Positions 56,194 through 64,000 of a stretch of DNA of 64,000 bases are shown one piece after another. A program made the translations under genes and the position numbers. The notes beneath the pieces are model-generated. The model saw nothing but the letters and a program-made list of their open reading frames with translations, ran no database searches and had not been told where the DNA came from. The stretch is from Dehalococcoidales bacterium (lineage in GTDB: Bacteria; Chloroflexota; Dehalococcoidia; Dehalococcoidales; RBG-16-60-22). Position 1 is the first letter of the stretch; every line of letters begins with the position of its first letter. The stretch spans positions 4,034 through 68,033 of the forward strand of contig JAFGHK010000033.1 in assembly GCA_016930185.1 (NCBI GenBank), given 5' to 3'.

Positions 56194-57153
56194 ATGTGGC
56201 AAGATAGGCAATCAAGGCTTCTCTCGGAAGAAATAATTACGATTTTATCGTCCTCAATTGACGAGGCTGATCTATACCATTTGGTTAAGGAATCCTTAAC
56301 TCAAACTGGGCGAGGATTTGCTATCAAATCCAAAACTCAAAATTATAAACCGTGGCCACTTTTAGTTCTAGTAGCATGCGAGGCTATTTCCGGAAAATAT
56401 GAACATGCACTACCGGCTGCTGCTGCTTTGCAACTACATATGGCCGCTGGTGATATCTTCGATGATATCGAAGATGCAGATTCGAAAGATTCAATACCAG
56501 CAAGATACGGTATTACCATAGCTACCAATATTGCTACTACTATTTTAACTTTAGCAGAGAAAGCGATCACGCAACTCAAGAAAAAAGGTATTGATGACCA
56601 CGTAATAGTCAGTATTATAGATATAGTAAATTCTCTTTGTATTACATCATGCGTCGGTCAACATTTAGATTTGTCTTTAGCCTCAAATATTACTCTTTCA
56701 GAAGACATGTATTTCAGAATTATAGGCATGAAATCGGCCTCGCAAATAGAATGTGCTTGTCATGTCGGGGCATTGTTGACTACTACAGATCAAGACTTAG
56801 TAGATACTTTCGCCAAATTCGGTCATAATCTCGGAATGGCATCTCAAATTGCGAATGACATCCAGGGTATTACTACTGGAATTGACCTTTTTAAAAAAAG
56901 AATGACTTTACCTGTAATATATGCTTTAAATCAGGCAAATAAAGAGGATCGCTATCAGCTAAAATTCATATTCAGCAGACAGTCTGGACCCATAACCGAT
57001 TTAGAAAAATTAAGAAATATGATAACCAATAATGGCGCTATCTATTATTCGATAATAAAGATGGAACTCTTCAAACAACAGGCTCTTGATATTCTCACCA
57101 AAATAAAGGAGAAAGGTATTAATATAGAACGAATGAAGTTATTTCTTGAATAA
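56194..57153 (+). CDS. divergent polyprenyl-synthetase-fold protein, ComQ-like (candidate peptide Trp prenyltransferase)
   Basis: 319 aa. The first Asp-rich motif is AAGDIFDDIEDADS, with no following RRG. GQHLDL is present. The second Asp-rich motif is degenerate (QIANDIQG instead of DDxxD). KKRMTLPVIYAL is also present. Confidence 0.6.
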   Translation: MWQDRQSRLLSEEIITILSSSIDEADLYHLVKESLTQTGRGFAIKSKTQNYKPWPLLVLVACEAISGKYEHALPAAAALQLHMAAGDIFDDIEDADSKDSIPARYGITIATNIATTILTLAEKAITQLKKKGIDDHVIVSIIDIVNSLCITSCVGQHLDLSLASNITLSEDMYFRIIGMKSASQIECACHVGALLTTTDQDLVDTFAKFGHNLGMASQIANDIQGITTGIDLFKKRMTLPVIYALNQANKEDRYQLKFIFSRQSGPITDLEKLRNMITNNGAIYYSIIKMELFKQQALDILTKIKEKGINIERMKLFLE

Positions 57154-57168
57154 ACAACCGAGGTATAT

Positions 57169-59580
57169 ATGAGTCGAGTCCATTATTTCTTCAATAAACT
57201 GTCCGCAGACCGTGGTTTGTTTAGAGGAGTACTAATTTCTTTATTCGCGTTCTGTATTTTAGTTATATCTCTGACATTCTTTGCTTTAAGTATTCCTGAA
57301 CCTTATATGGGTGCTATGCTCTCAAAAAGTACTCAAGGCTGGGTTGTCGAAAGCGTAGATACAAGTGGTCTAGCAAGCGAAGCTGGGATACAGGTAGGAG
57401 ATAAACCGACTATAATCAACGGTCAACCAGCCCAAGCATTCTTAGAAAAATATGAGAATGCCGAAGTGGTTTTTGGAAGATTAATTAATGAGTTAGCCGT
57501 GATTGATAACGATGGTCAAGTGAAATCGGTAACGCTTGAGAACGCTTCACCTCCTGCTAGGACTTTAGTTGAAATATTAACATGGTTTATTGTCTGTTTC
57601 GTGTGTTGGGCAACCGGATTCTATGTATTTTTTAAAAGACCAGGTAATCTTACAGCATTATTGTTGTGCTTTTGTGGGTTAGCTTTCGGATTGGCTCTTA
57701 GTGCGAACATGGCAGTAGAAAGGAGCATTCCTTCTGCACTTTGGTTTGAGATTACTGCATCTGTCATTGGACCTTGGTTGCTGCTACATTTTTTCCTAGT
57801 TATACCTGAAGAAAGAGCTTGGCCTCGCCACAATCCCCTCGTATATCTTATTTATATCCCTGCACTAATAACACTAATACTTTTTCCTATCATCGGTTAT
57901 GCAAATGGCCAACCTTTGCCAGGTTTTCGTATTTTCAGGCTTTTTGAATACTGCGCTGGATTTGTTTTGGTAGCTGGTGTAGCAGTAATTAATTACATAT
58001 ACTCTATCTCACCCAGAACACGACAACAAATGAAGATAGTTTTAATAAGCTGTCTAATAGCTCTGATTCCATTTCTAGTTTTTAATATTCTACCGTGGAC
58101 AATATCGGGACAAACTATCATAACACCGGGATTTAGTATGCTATTTCTTGCCTTCATACCATTAGGTATGGGATATGCTGTGATAACTCAAAAATTAATG
58201 GATATTGATATCGTCATTAGAAGAGGTATGATTTATGGTCTAATTACACTAATCATGGCAGCTATTGTATCCGCAGCTATCTTCTTGGTCGTAAATTTTA
58301 ATACATCAATTGGAACCCCAATACAAATTCTTGCGGCTCTGATAGTGGGAGGGCTAGCTGCGGTTCTCTTTGGACCCATAAAAAAGAGGATAGAAATTCT
58401 GATAGACAAGCTATTTTACAAAGACAGATATGATTATCGTCAGGTAATCCAAAGTCTAAGTAACGCTCTCAACTCCGCAAATAATCTGACCGGAATATCA
58501 CGTCTAATAGTCGGGACTACGGTAAATACTCTGAATTTATCAGGAGGCTGCCTATTCATCAAGAAACACCCGGACTCTTATAAGATCGCTGCTTCCCAAG
58601 GAATATTTATGGATGTTGTAAGGCAAGAATATCTGCGAAAATTGATATCTGATACATCTAGTACAAATAGCCTAGTTGAATTTCCTAATTTGGCAACAAC
58701 CATTGACTCGAATACTGCATTTATAGTTCGCCTAGCAATGGGTGGAAAAGAAATCGGTATCCTTTTACTTTCTCATAAAATATCTAAGCAACAATTTTCA
58801 TCCGATGACCTGTACCTAATACAAGGAATATCTTCTATTTCTTCTATAGCGTTATATAGTAATATGCTTATTCACGATGTTAGCATTAGAGATACTTTCG
58901 TCTCCATCGCATCTCATGAACTACGCACGCCGCTGACTGCTATAACTGGTTATGCCGAACTCCTATTACGACGAAATCCTCCTGAAGGTACTAGAAAGAA
59001 ATGGCTTGAGAATATCCTTGATAACGGGCAAAACATAAGTAGAATGGCCAATGATTTACTCAATGTCACTCGTATTCAATCAGGTAAGCTCGCTCTAAAG
59101 TTACAGCGTTTAAATGTATCCAAGATTTTAGATGAACGACTAAATTTAGCGCGAGAAAATTCTAATATACATAAGTTTTCTATTCAAATAGAACCCGATC
59201 TCCCTGATGTGGTGGTTGATCGGGATAAATTTGGTCAGATCATAACGAATCTTCTAAACAATGCTATAAAATATAGCCCTAAAGGTGGTCGGATTACTTT
59301 GTCAGCAAATTATAACTCATTAAATTTTTGCCTAGTCATAAGTGTTGCCGACGAAGGTATTGGTATTAGCCCGGATGATACAAAGTCTCTTTTCACAACT
59401 TTCCACCGGATACAAAGGTCGGAGACACAAAGTATTAGAGGAAGCGGTCTTGGACTTTTTATAGCCAAAGAATGGACTGAGGCTATGGCTGGTAAAATTT
59501 GGGTAGAAAGTGAGTTGAACAAAGGGTCAACATTCTTTGTTTCAATTCCGGTAGAAATGACCAATCCTTATATCTTATAA
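57169..59580 (+). CDS. polytopic membrane sensor histidine kinase with an extracytoplasmic PDZ-like domain (ComP-like position)
   Basis: 803 aa. An N-terminal TM helix is followed by a PDZ-like segment (GWVVESVDTSGLASEAGIQVGDKPTIINGQP) and about 9 further TM helices. A GAF-like linker precedes the H-box SHELRTPLTAITGY and a HATPase_c domain (NNAIKYSP..DEGIGI..GSGLGL). Confidence 0.85.
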   Translation: MSRVHYFFNKLSADRGLFRGVLISLFAFCILVISLTFFALSIPEPYMGAMLSKSTQGWVVESVDTSGLASEAGIQVGDKPTIINGQPAQAFLEKYENAEVVFGRLINELAVIDNDGQVKSVTLENASPPARTLVEILTWFIVCFVCWATGFYVFFKRPGNLTALLLCFCGLAFGLALSANMAVERSIPSALWFEITASVIGPWLLLHFFLVIPEERAWPRHNPLVYLIYIPALITLILFPIIGYANGQPLPGFRIFRLFEYCAGFVLVAGVAVINYIYSISPRTRQQMKIVLISCLIALIPFLVFNILPWTISGQTIITPGFSMLFLAFIPLGMGYAVITQKLMDIDIVIRRGMIYGLITLIMAAIVSAAIFLVVNFNTSIGTPIQILAALIVGGLAAVLFGPIKKRIEILIDKLFYKDRYDYRQVIQSLSNALNSANNLTGISRLIVGTTVNTLNLSGGCLFIKKHPDSYKIAASQGIFMDVVRQEYLRKLISDTSSTNSLVEFPNLATTIDSNTAFIVRLAMGGKEIGILLLSHKISKQQFSSDDLYLIQGISSISSIALYSNMLIHDVSIRDTFVSIASHELRTPLTAITGYAELLLRRNPPEGTRKKWLENILDNGQNISRMANDLLNVTRIQSGKLALKLQRLNVSKILDERLNLARENSNIHKFSIQIEPDLPDVVVDRDKFGQIITNLLNNAIKYSPKGGRITLSANYNSLNFCLVISVADEGIGISPDDTKSLFTTFHRIQRSETQSIRGSGLGLFIAKEWTEAMAGKIWVESELNKGSTFFVSIPVEMTNPYIL

Positions 59581-59901
59581 AGTTGCATATAAAAATTGTT
59601 TATTACCCAACACTGCCACGCTTAGCCATAACAAGATCAGTTTTTGATATGGCGAATATCGGTATTAACAGTCAATATAAAGTCAACCACCGCATAAACA
59701 ACATACTTATCCTTCTATCACCGGATTAGAAGGTTAGAAAATCAATCATTTAACAGGCCTCTAAAAGGGTGGGTGCTTGTCCACATTTAGTGACAGGTGT
59801 ATAATTAGCCATGCCAAAAAGACTTCTTTTATTGGAAAGGTTAAACTTTAACAGGTAAATTTAATCTATTATGAAAAGTACTTTTACATTGTGAGGTTTA
59901 A

Positions 59902-60384
59902 GTGAAACCATTAATATTGTTAATAGGAGGCATCAATTCTGGTAAGTCTACTATCATTTCCAGTTTAACAGGTTGTCCATCTCATAATTTCAGAGAATTA
60001 GTCAGAGATAGATCTACTGGGCGACAAATCTACGTCATTTCAAGTTCTCCACAAGAAGATAGTCTTTCCCAAGGAGAGCTTGACCAAATTTTAGAAACAG
60101 TCCATCGGCGACGAAGAGTTATCGGTCTGGTAATAAGCATCCAGCCAACATACCCCCGGACCCGTCTTTCTCTTGAGAATATTATCCAAACCGTACAAGT
60201 AAATAGTCACTTCACGATCTTCGCATTCATTCTTGATCCGCCGTATTCAAGTGATGGTTCGATTGACTTAACTGATACCATTAATAGGTTGGCTTCTTTT
60301 GGAGTTGTTTCCCGTTATCTTGATGGGCGTCGTTTCGCTTACCTAAATGCTTCAGACATAAGACAAATAGTAGGTGTACCATAA
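59902..60384 (+). CDS. hypothetical P-loop NTPase
   Basis: GTG start, 160 aa, Walker A LIGGINSGKST. No further assignment is possible. Confidence 0.45.
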   Translation: MKPLILLIGGINSGKSTIISSLTGCPSHNFRELVRDRSTGRQIYVISSSPQEDSLSQGELDQILETVHRRRRVIGLVISIQPTYPRTRLSLENIIQTVQVNSHFTIFAFILDPPYSSDGSIDLTDTINRLASFGVVSRYLDGRRFAYLNASDIRQIVGVP

Positions 60385-60433
60385 GTTTTCTCTTGTTTTT
60401 TATAGAAAGGCTATATATACTTTGTCTATCGAT

Positions 60434-60502
60434 AGATTTAATGAAAAAGTTGATTTTATATGGAGTGTAGCTAATTTATTGCGCGGTCCCTACAAACCAG
60501 CC
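60434..60502 (+). pseudogene. short N-terminal remnant of a type I restriction-modification methylase (hsdM-like)
   Basis: The translation RFNEKVDFIWSVANLLRGPYKPA matches the HsdM N-terminal signature (..FIWs.AdlLRG.yk..). The similarity stops abruptly about 50 nt before the convergent TetR gene. Confidence 0.4.
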
Positions 60503-60555
60503 CTTTTAAGTTATGAACCTGATATTTTTGAAATGAGGCATCAGAGGCATCAAAC

Positions 60556-61074
60556 TTATAAACTTAAACTTTTTATCAGAATATCCGTCCGTTTTTCTAA
60601 TATTTCGATTGAGGGTTTATCATCCAGTATTCCTTTGTAAGAGAATACGATAACCTCGGCCAAATCAAAACCGATTAATGGGACGAGTGATTTTATAAAG
60701 TCCCCCCTTAATAATTGTTCACTTGTCTGGATACTTTTAACAGGTTTAAGCCAGATATTTGGCAAGGGGGATTTATAAATGATCCGGTGAGGGTCTATTA
60801 TCCATATGTCGATTATCTTGCGTAATTTTTGCTTAGCCGGCAGATCAGAATCAAGTACTTCTTGAGATTGGCGCAGATAATTTTTATGTTTCTCGTCCAT
60901 CATGGCAAAGAAAAATTCCTGCTTGCTTTTGAAATAGGTATATATCAGGGCTCTTGATATCCCCGCTTTTTGGGCCACATCATCGAAGGTCGTCTTATCA
61001 TAACCGTACTCTGCAAAACAGGCAGATGCTGCATCGATAATTTGGCTTCGTGTGATGCTTCTTTTATCTTTCAT
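60556..61074 (-). CDS. TetR/AcrR family transcriptional regulator
   Basis: 172 aa with the N-terminal HTH TRSQIIDAASACFAEYGYDKTTFDDVAQKAGISRALIYTYFKSKQEFF. Confidence 0.85.
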   Translation of the reverse strand: MKDKRSITRSQIIDAASACFAEYGYDKTTFDDVAQKAGISRALIYTYFKSKQEFFFAMMDEKHKNYLRQSQEVLDSDLPAKQKLRKIIDIWIIDPHRIIYKSPLPNIWLKPVKSIQTSEQLLRGDFIKSLVPLIGFDLAEVIVFSYKGILDDKPSIEILEKRTDILIKSLSL

Positions 61075-61272
61075 CAGCAGGCCCCACTTTCGCGCGTTAG
61101 GTTTCTATATAATAATTAGACATATTGACAATATTTGTCTAATATGTAAACATAAATCAACATTCCCTTAATACTTAACAGTAGTTAAGACAGATTGTCA
61201 ATCCATTCATCAACTTATCCTAACAAAAAAGAAAAAACGGAAATTATACAAAGATAAAATAGGAGGGACGCG

Positions 61273-62058
61273 ATGAAACACCAGGAAGCTTTTTTTAAAG
61301 GATACAAGGATTATAATATTTACCATCAATCCTGGCTCCCTGAAAAGAAACCAACCGCTATTTTGCTTGTTGCCCACGGTTTTGGCGAGCATAGCGGCCG
61401 GTACCTTAATGTGGTGAACCATTTCGTGCCAAAAGGTTTTGCTGTTTACGCTTTGGACCACCGCGGTCACGGGCGGTCAGACGGCGAGCGTGTAAATGTA
61501 GATAGTTTCCAGGATTATGTTAAAGACCTCAAGACCTATTTTAATATGGTAAGGAAAGAAAACCCCAAAGAAAAAATATTCCTCATCGGGCACAGTATGG
61601 GGTCAGTTATTTCATTACTTTATACCATCGAATACCAAAAAGAGCTAAATGGATTGGTCACTTCCGGCGGCGGCCTCACAAAACCCACCGATCCTCCTAT
61701 GTCACTACCCAAACCCGGCGAAGGCCTATCCACAGCTATGCTTAGCCGGGATCCGGCAGTCATTAGTGCTTATGAAAACGACCCTCTGGTCTACCATGGG
61801 CCGGTACCTACCGGATTTGCCATGTTCAAAGAAATATCAACATTATATGACACGGTACCACAAATAAAGCTACCGATATTGGTCATGGCCGGCAACGGCG
61901 GCCCGGATGGTGCGCGGAGCCGTGTCTTGCATGAGCGTATTACCTCAAAAGACAAGACTCTCAAACTTTATGAAGGTCTGCTCCATGAAATTTTCAACGA
62001 ACCGGAATACCCGCAGGTCATGGCTGATATGGAGAAATGGCTAACCGCACATATTTAG
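61273..62058 (+). CDS. alpha/beta hydrolase (monoacylglycerol lipase / lysophospholipase type)
   Basis: 261 aa with HGFGEHSGRY, the nucleophile elbow GHSMGS and a C-terminal His (GLLHEI). Confidence 0.8.
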   Translation: MKHQEAFFKGYKDYNIYHQSWLPEKKPTAILLVAHGFGEHSGRYLNVVNHFVPKGFAVYALDHRGHGRSDGERVNVDSFQDYVKDLKTYFNMVRKENPKEKIFLIGHSMGSVISLLYTIEYQKELNGLVTSGGGLTKPTDPPMSLPKPGEGLSTAMLSRDPAVISAYENDPLVYHGPVPTGFAMFKEISTLYDTVPQIKLPILVMAGNGGPDGARSRVLHERITSKDKTLKLYEGLLHEIFNEPEYPQVMADMEKWLTAHI

Positions 62059-62068
62059 AAAGGACCCT

Positions 62069-63676
62069 GTGAAAAGAAATCTTAATGCCATTGGCAACCA
62101 GCTTTTTGACCTGATAATTATTGGTGGCGGAATAATTGGGGCGGGGGTTGCCCGGGATGCTGCGCTGCGCGGGCTAAGTGTTTTACTCCTTGAAAAAGAG
62201 GATTTTGCCTGCGGTACGACATCAAGTTCTACCCGCCTTATCCATGGCGGTTTACGCTACCTGCGCATGCTTGATTTCAAGCTGGTAAAACAAGATCTCA
62301 ATGAACGTGAAATCCTGCTCAAAATAGCACCCCACCTTGTCCGCCGCCTCGAGTTTGTTATCCCCTTGCTGAAAAGTGCACTTTTCTACCGGCTATCATT
62401 ACCTCCGGGTTTATGGCTCTATAACCGGTTTTCCCACGGTGCGAGTTTGCCTCACAGTTATCATCTTTCCGCTAAGGAAACAGTAACTCTAGAACCGTCA
62501 CTGGAAAATACAGATGGCCTCGTCGGCGCGTATCTGTATTACGACGCCCAGGTGGCTTATGCAGAGAGATTGTGTATTGAAAACCTTACGGACGCTGCCG
62601 CCAGGGGCGCTATAATTGTAAACCATGCACCGGTAACCGGGCTCGTCTCTAAAGATAATATCGTAAGCGGTGTCCGCGTCAAAGACGAATTATACGGAGA
62701 AGAATTCCAAGCCAGGGGGCACATCGTTTTAAATGCAACCGGACCCTGGACAGATACGATTCTTTACAAGTTTGAAGCCGGCCGTGGTTACATTATACGA
62801 AAAACCAAGGGCGTGCATCTGCTAACAGATAAAATCAGTAATAATGCTCTGGTGCTCTTCGCTAAAAGCGATGGAAGGCTTTTCTTTATTATTCCCTGGC
62901 TGGAACACTCGCTCATCGGTACCACTGATACCGATTATACTGCCGATATCGATAAAGTCTATGCGGATAAATCTGACGTAGATTACCTAGTTTCAGAACT
63001 CGGCCATTATTTCCCGGATTTCAAACGTAAAAATATCCATTTCACCTATGCCAGCTTGAGGCCGCTTGTCCCGAAAAATAATAAATCAGCATCCGATAAC
63101 TCGCGGGCGCACCGGCTCGTTGACCATGAACAACAGGATGGGATTAGAGGATTACTATCCATACTTGGCGGCAAAAACACCGCCTACCGCGGTATCGCCG
63201 AAGAAGCTGTCAACTTAATTACAAAAAAACTCGGTAAGAACGAGGCATGCATCACAGCCCATACGTTATTGCCGGGCGCACCGGGTGTAATCCCTGAAGA
63301 ACAGGAAAAGACAGCGCAAGCCAGCGGTCTTCCTATTACGACCGTCACTCACCTGGCATCTATCTACGGTTCAAGAATGGAAAAAGTGCTAAAATACGTC
63401 AATGAAGATAAAAGGCTGGGCAACCCCATTTCCGGTGGCGGGTGGGATATCCTGGCGCAGATAAAACACGCCGTCCGCGAAGAAGAAGCTTTGAGCGTAA
63501 ACGATTTTATGATGCGCCGGAGTTTAATCGGACTGCGCCCGGACCAGGGTCTAGATGCCGTAGACACCGTGGCCCGTGAAATGGCTGCCTTGCTAGGTTG
63601 GAACTCTACGGAAATACAAAAACAGATCGCTACCTTTCATACCGCGATGGCTCTCGGGCAGTTATACAAGCAATAG
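62069..63676 (+). CDS. glpD: FAD-dependent glycerol-3-phosphate dehydrogenase
   Basis: GTG start, 535 aa. The dinucleotide fold is FDLIIIGGGIIGAGVARDAALRG, followed by GTTSSSTRLIHGGLRYL. It lies next to glpK. Confidence 0.85.
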   Translation: MKRNLNAIGNQLFDLIIIGGGIIGAGVARDAALRGLSVLLLEKEDFACGTTSSSTRLIHGGLRYLRMLDFKLVKQDLNEREILLKIAPHLVRRLEFVIPLLKSALFYRLSLPPGLWLYNRFSHGASLPHSYHLSAKETVTLEPSLENTDGLVGAYLYYDAQVAYAERLCIENLTDAAARGAIIVNHAPVTGLVSKDNIVSGVRVKDELYGEEFQARGHIVLNATGPWTDTILYKFEAGRGYIIRKTKGVHLLTDKISNNALVLFAKSDGRLFFIIPWLEHSLIGTTDTDYTADIDKVYADKSDVDYLVSELGHYFPDFKRKNIHFTYASLRPLVPKNNKSASDNSRAHRLVDHEQQDGIRGLLSILGGKNTAYRGIAEEAVNLITKKLGKNEACITAHTLLPGAPGVIPEEQEKTAQASGLPITTVTHLASIYGSRMEKVLKYVNEDKRLGNPISGGGWDILAQIKHAVREEEALSVNDFMMRRSLIGLRPDQGLDAVDTVAREMAALLGWNSTEIQKQIATFHTAMALGQLYKQ

Positions 63677-63685
63677 GAGCGGCCT

Positions 63686-64000
63686 ATGCCTGTAAAAGGT
63701 TATATCTTAGCAATCGATGAAGGTACTACCGGAAGTACTGCATTGTTAATAGATAGAGAAGGTCAGGTAACCGGCCGCGCCTACCGTGAACTCCACCAAA
63801 TTTTTCCACAGCCCGGATGGGTTGAGCATGACCCTGGTGAAATATTGCGTAACTGTATCGCCATAATGCATGAAGTTGTGCAAAAAGCCTGCATTTCTTT
63901 CACGGACATTAAAGGTATCGGCATCACCAACCAACGTGAGACTACGGTTGTCTGGGAACGCGCAACAGGTAAACCCGTTTATAACGCCATCGTTTGGCAA
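63686..64000 (+). CDS. glpK: glycerol kinase, N-terminal fragment (continues beyond the window)
   Basis: The ATG at 63686 follows GGAG. The product [66 protein letters not shown] is the canonical FGGY/GlpK N-terminus. The frame is open to the window end, so it is absent from the ORF track. Confidence 0.9.
   Translation, partial: MPVKGYILAIDEGTTGSTALLIDREGQVTGRAYRELHQIFPQPGWVEHDPGEILRNCIAIMHEVVQKACISFTDIKGIGITNQRETTVVWERATGKPVYNAIVWQ

Noticed and set aside
63746-64000. 84-aa minus-strand ORF at the window end.
   Set aside because: It is antisense to an unmistakable glycerol kinase N-terminus on the + strand.
1-64000. Search for CRISPR arrays, rRNA genes, IS elements or transposases, integrases, and long tandem repeats.
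   Set aside because: I found no regularly spaced direct repeats, rRNA-like segments, DDE or tyrosine-recombinase signatures, or terminal inverted repeats while reading either strand.

Overview
The window is a bacterial chromosomal segment. From about 1 to 46.6 kb it is moderately GC-rich and looks like core genome. Gene content there looks Chloroflexota/Dehalococcoidia-like, but this is inference only. It includes two paralogous BNR/Asp-box surface proteins flanking moeA, a convergent CoA-thioester metabolism cluster, marR plus a MATE transporter, secG-gatB-tRNA-Ala, a lipoprotein serpin, a NarL-type two-component pair, and a NuoE/NuoF-type flavoprotein module. It also holds a cytoplasmic-facing molybdopterin oxidoreductase operon followed directly by UbiA, radical-SAM/SPASM and methyltransferase genes, and a Fur/Zur-controlled metal ABC importer. 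From about 46.6 to 61.2 kb the sequence becomes visibly AT-rich and looks like an accessory island. Its left edge carries a glycyl-radical-enzyme C-terminal remnant, a 3' tRNA fragment and short att-like repeats. Inside are a 2159-aa SpvB/YD-repeat/Rhs polymorphic toxin with an HExxH C-terminal domain and a downstream lipoprotein that may be its immunity partner. The most interesting part is a tight XRE, small Trp-terminal peptide, ComQ-like polyprenyl-synthase homologue and polytopic histidine kinase cluster with a divergent response regulator. I read this as a ComQXPA-like prenylated-peptide signalling system in an unusual gene order and host. The island ends near a truncated hsdM remnant and a TetR gene, and the window closes with lipase-glpD-glpK. 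No rRNA genes, CRISPR arrays, transposases or integrases were seen. Most minus- or plus-strand ORFs nested inside the long genes are shadow ORFs.
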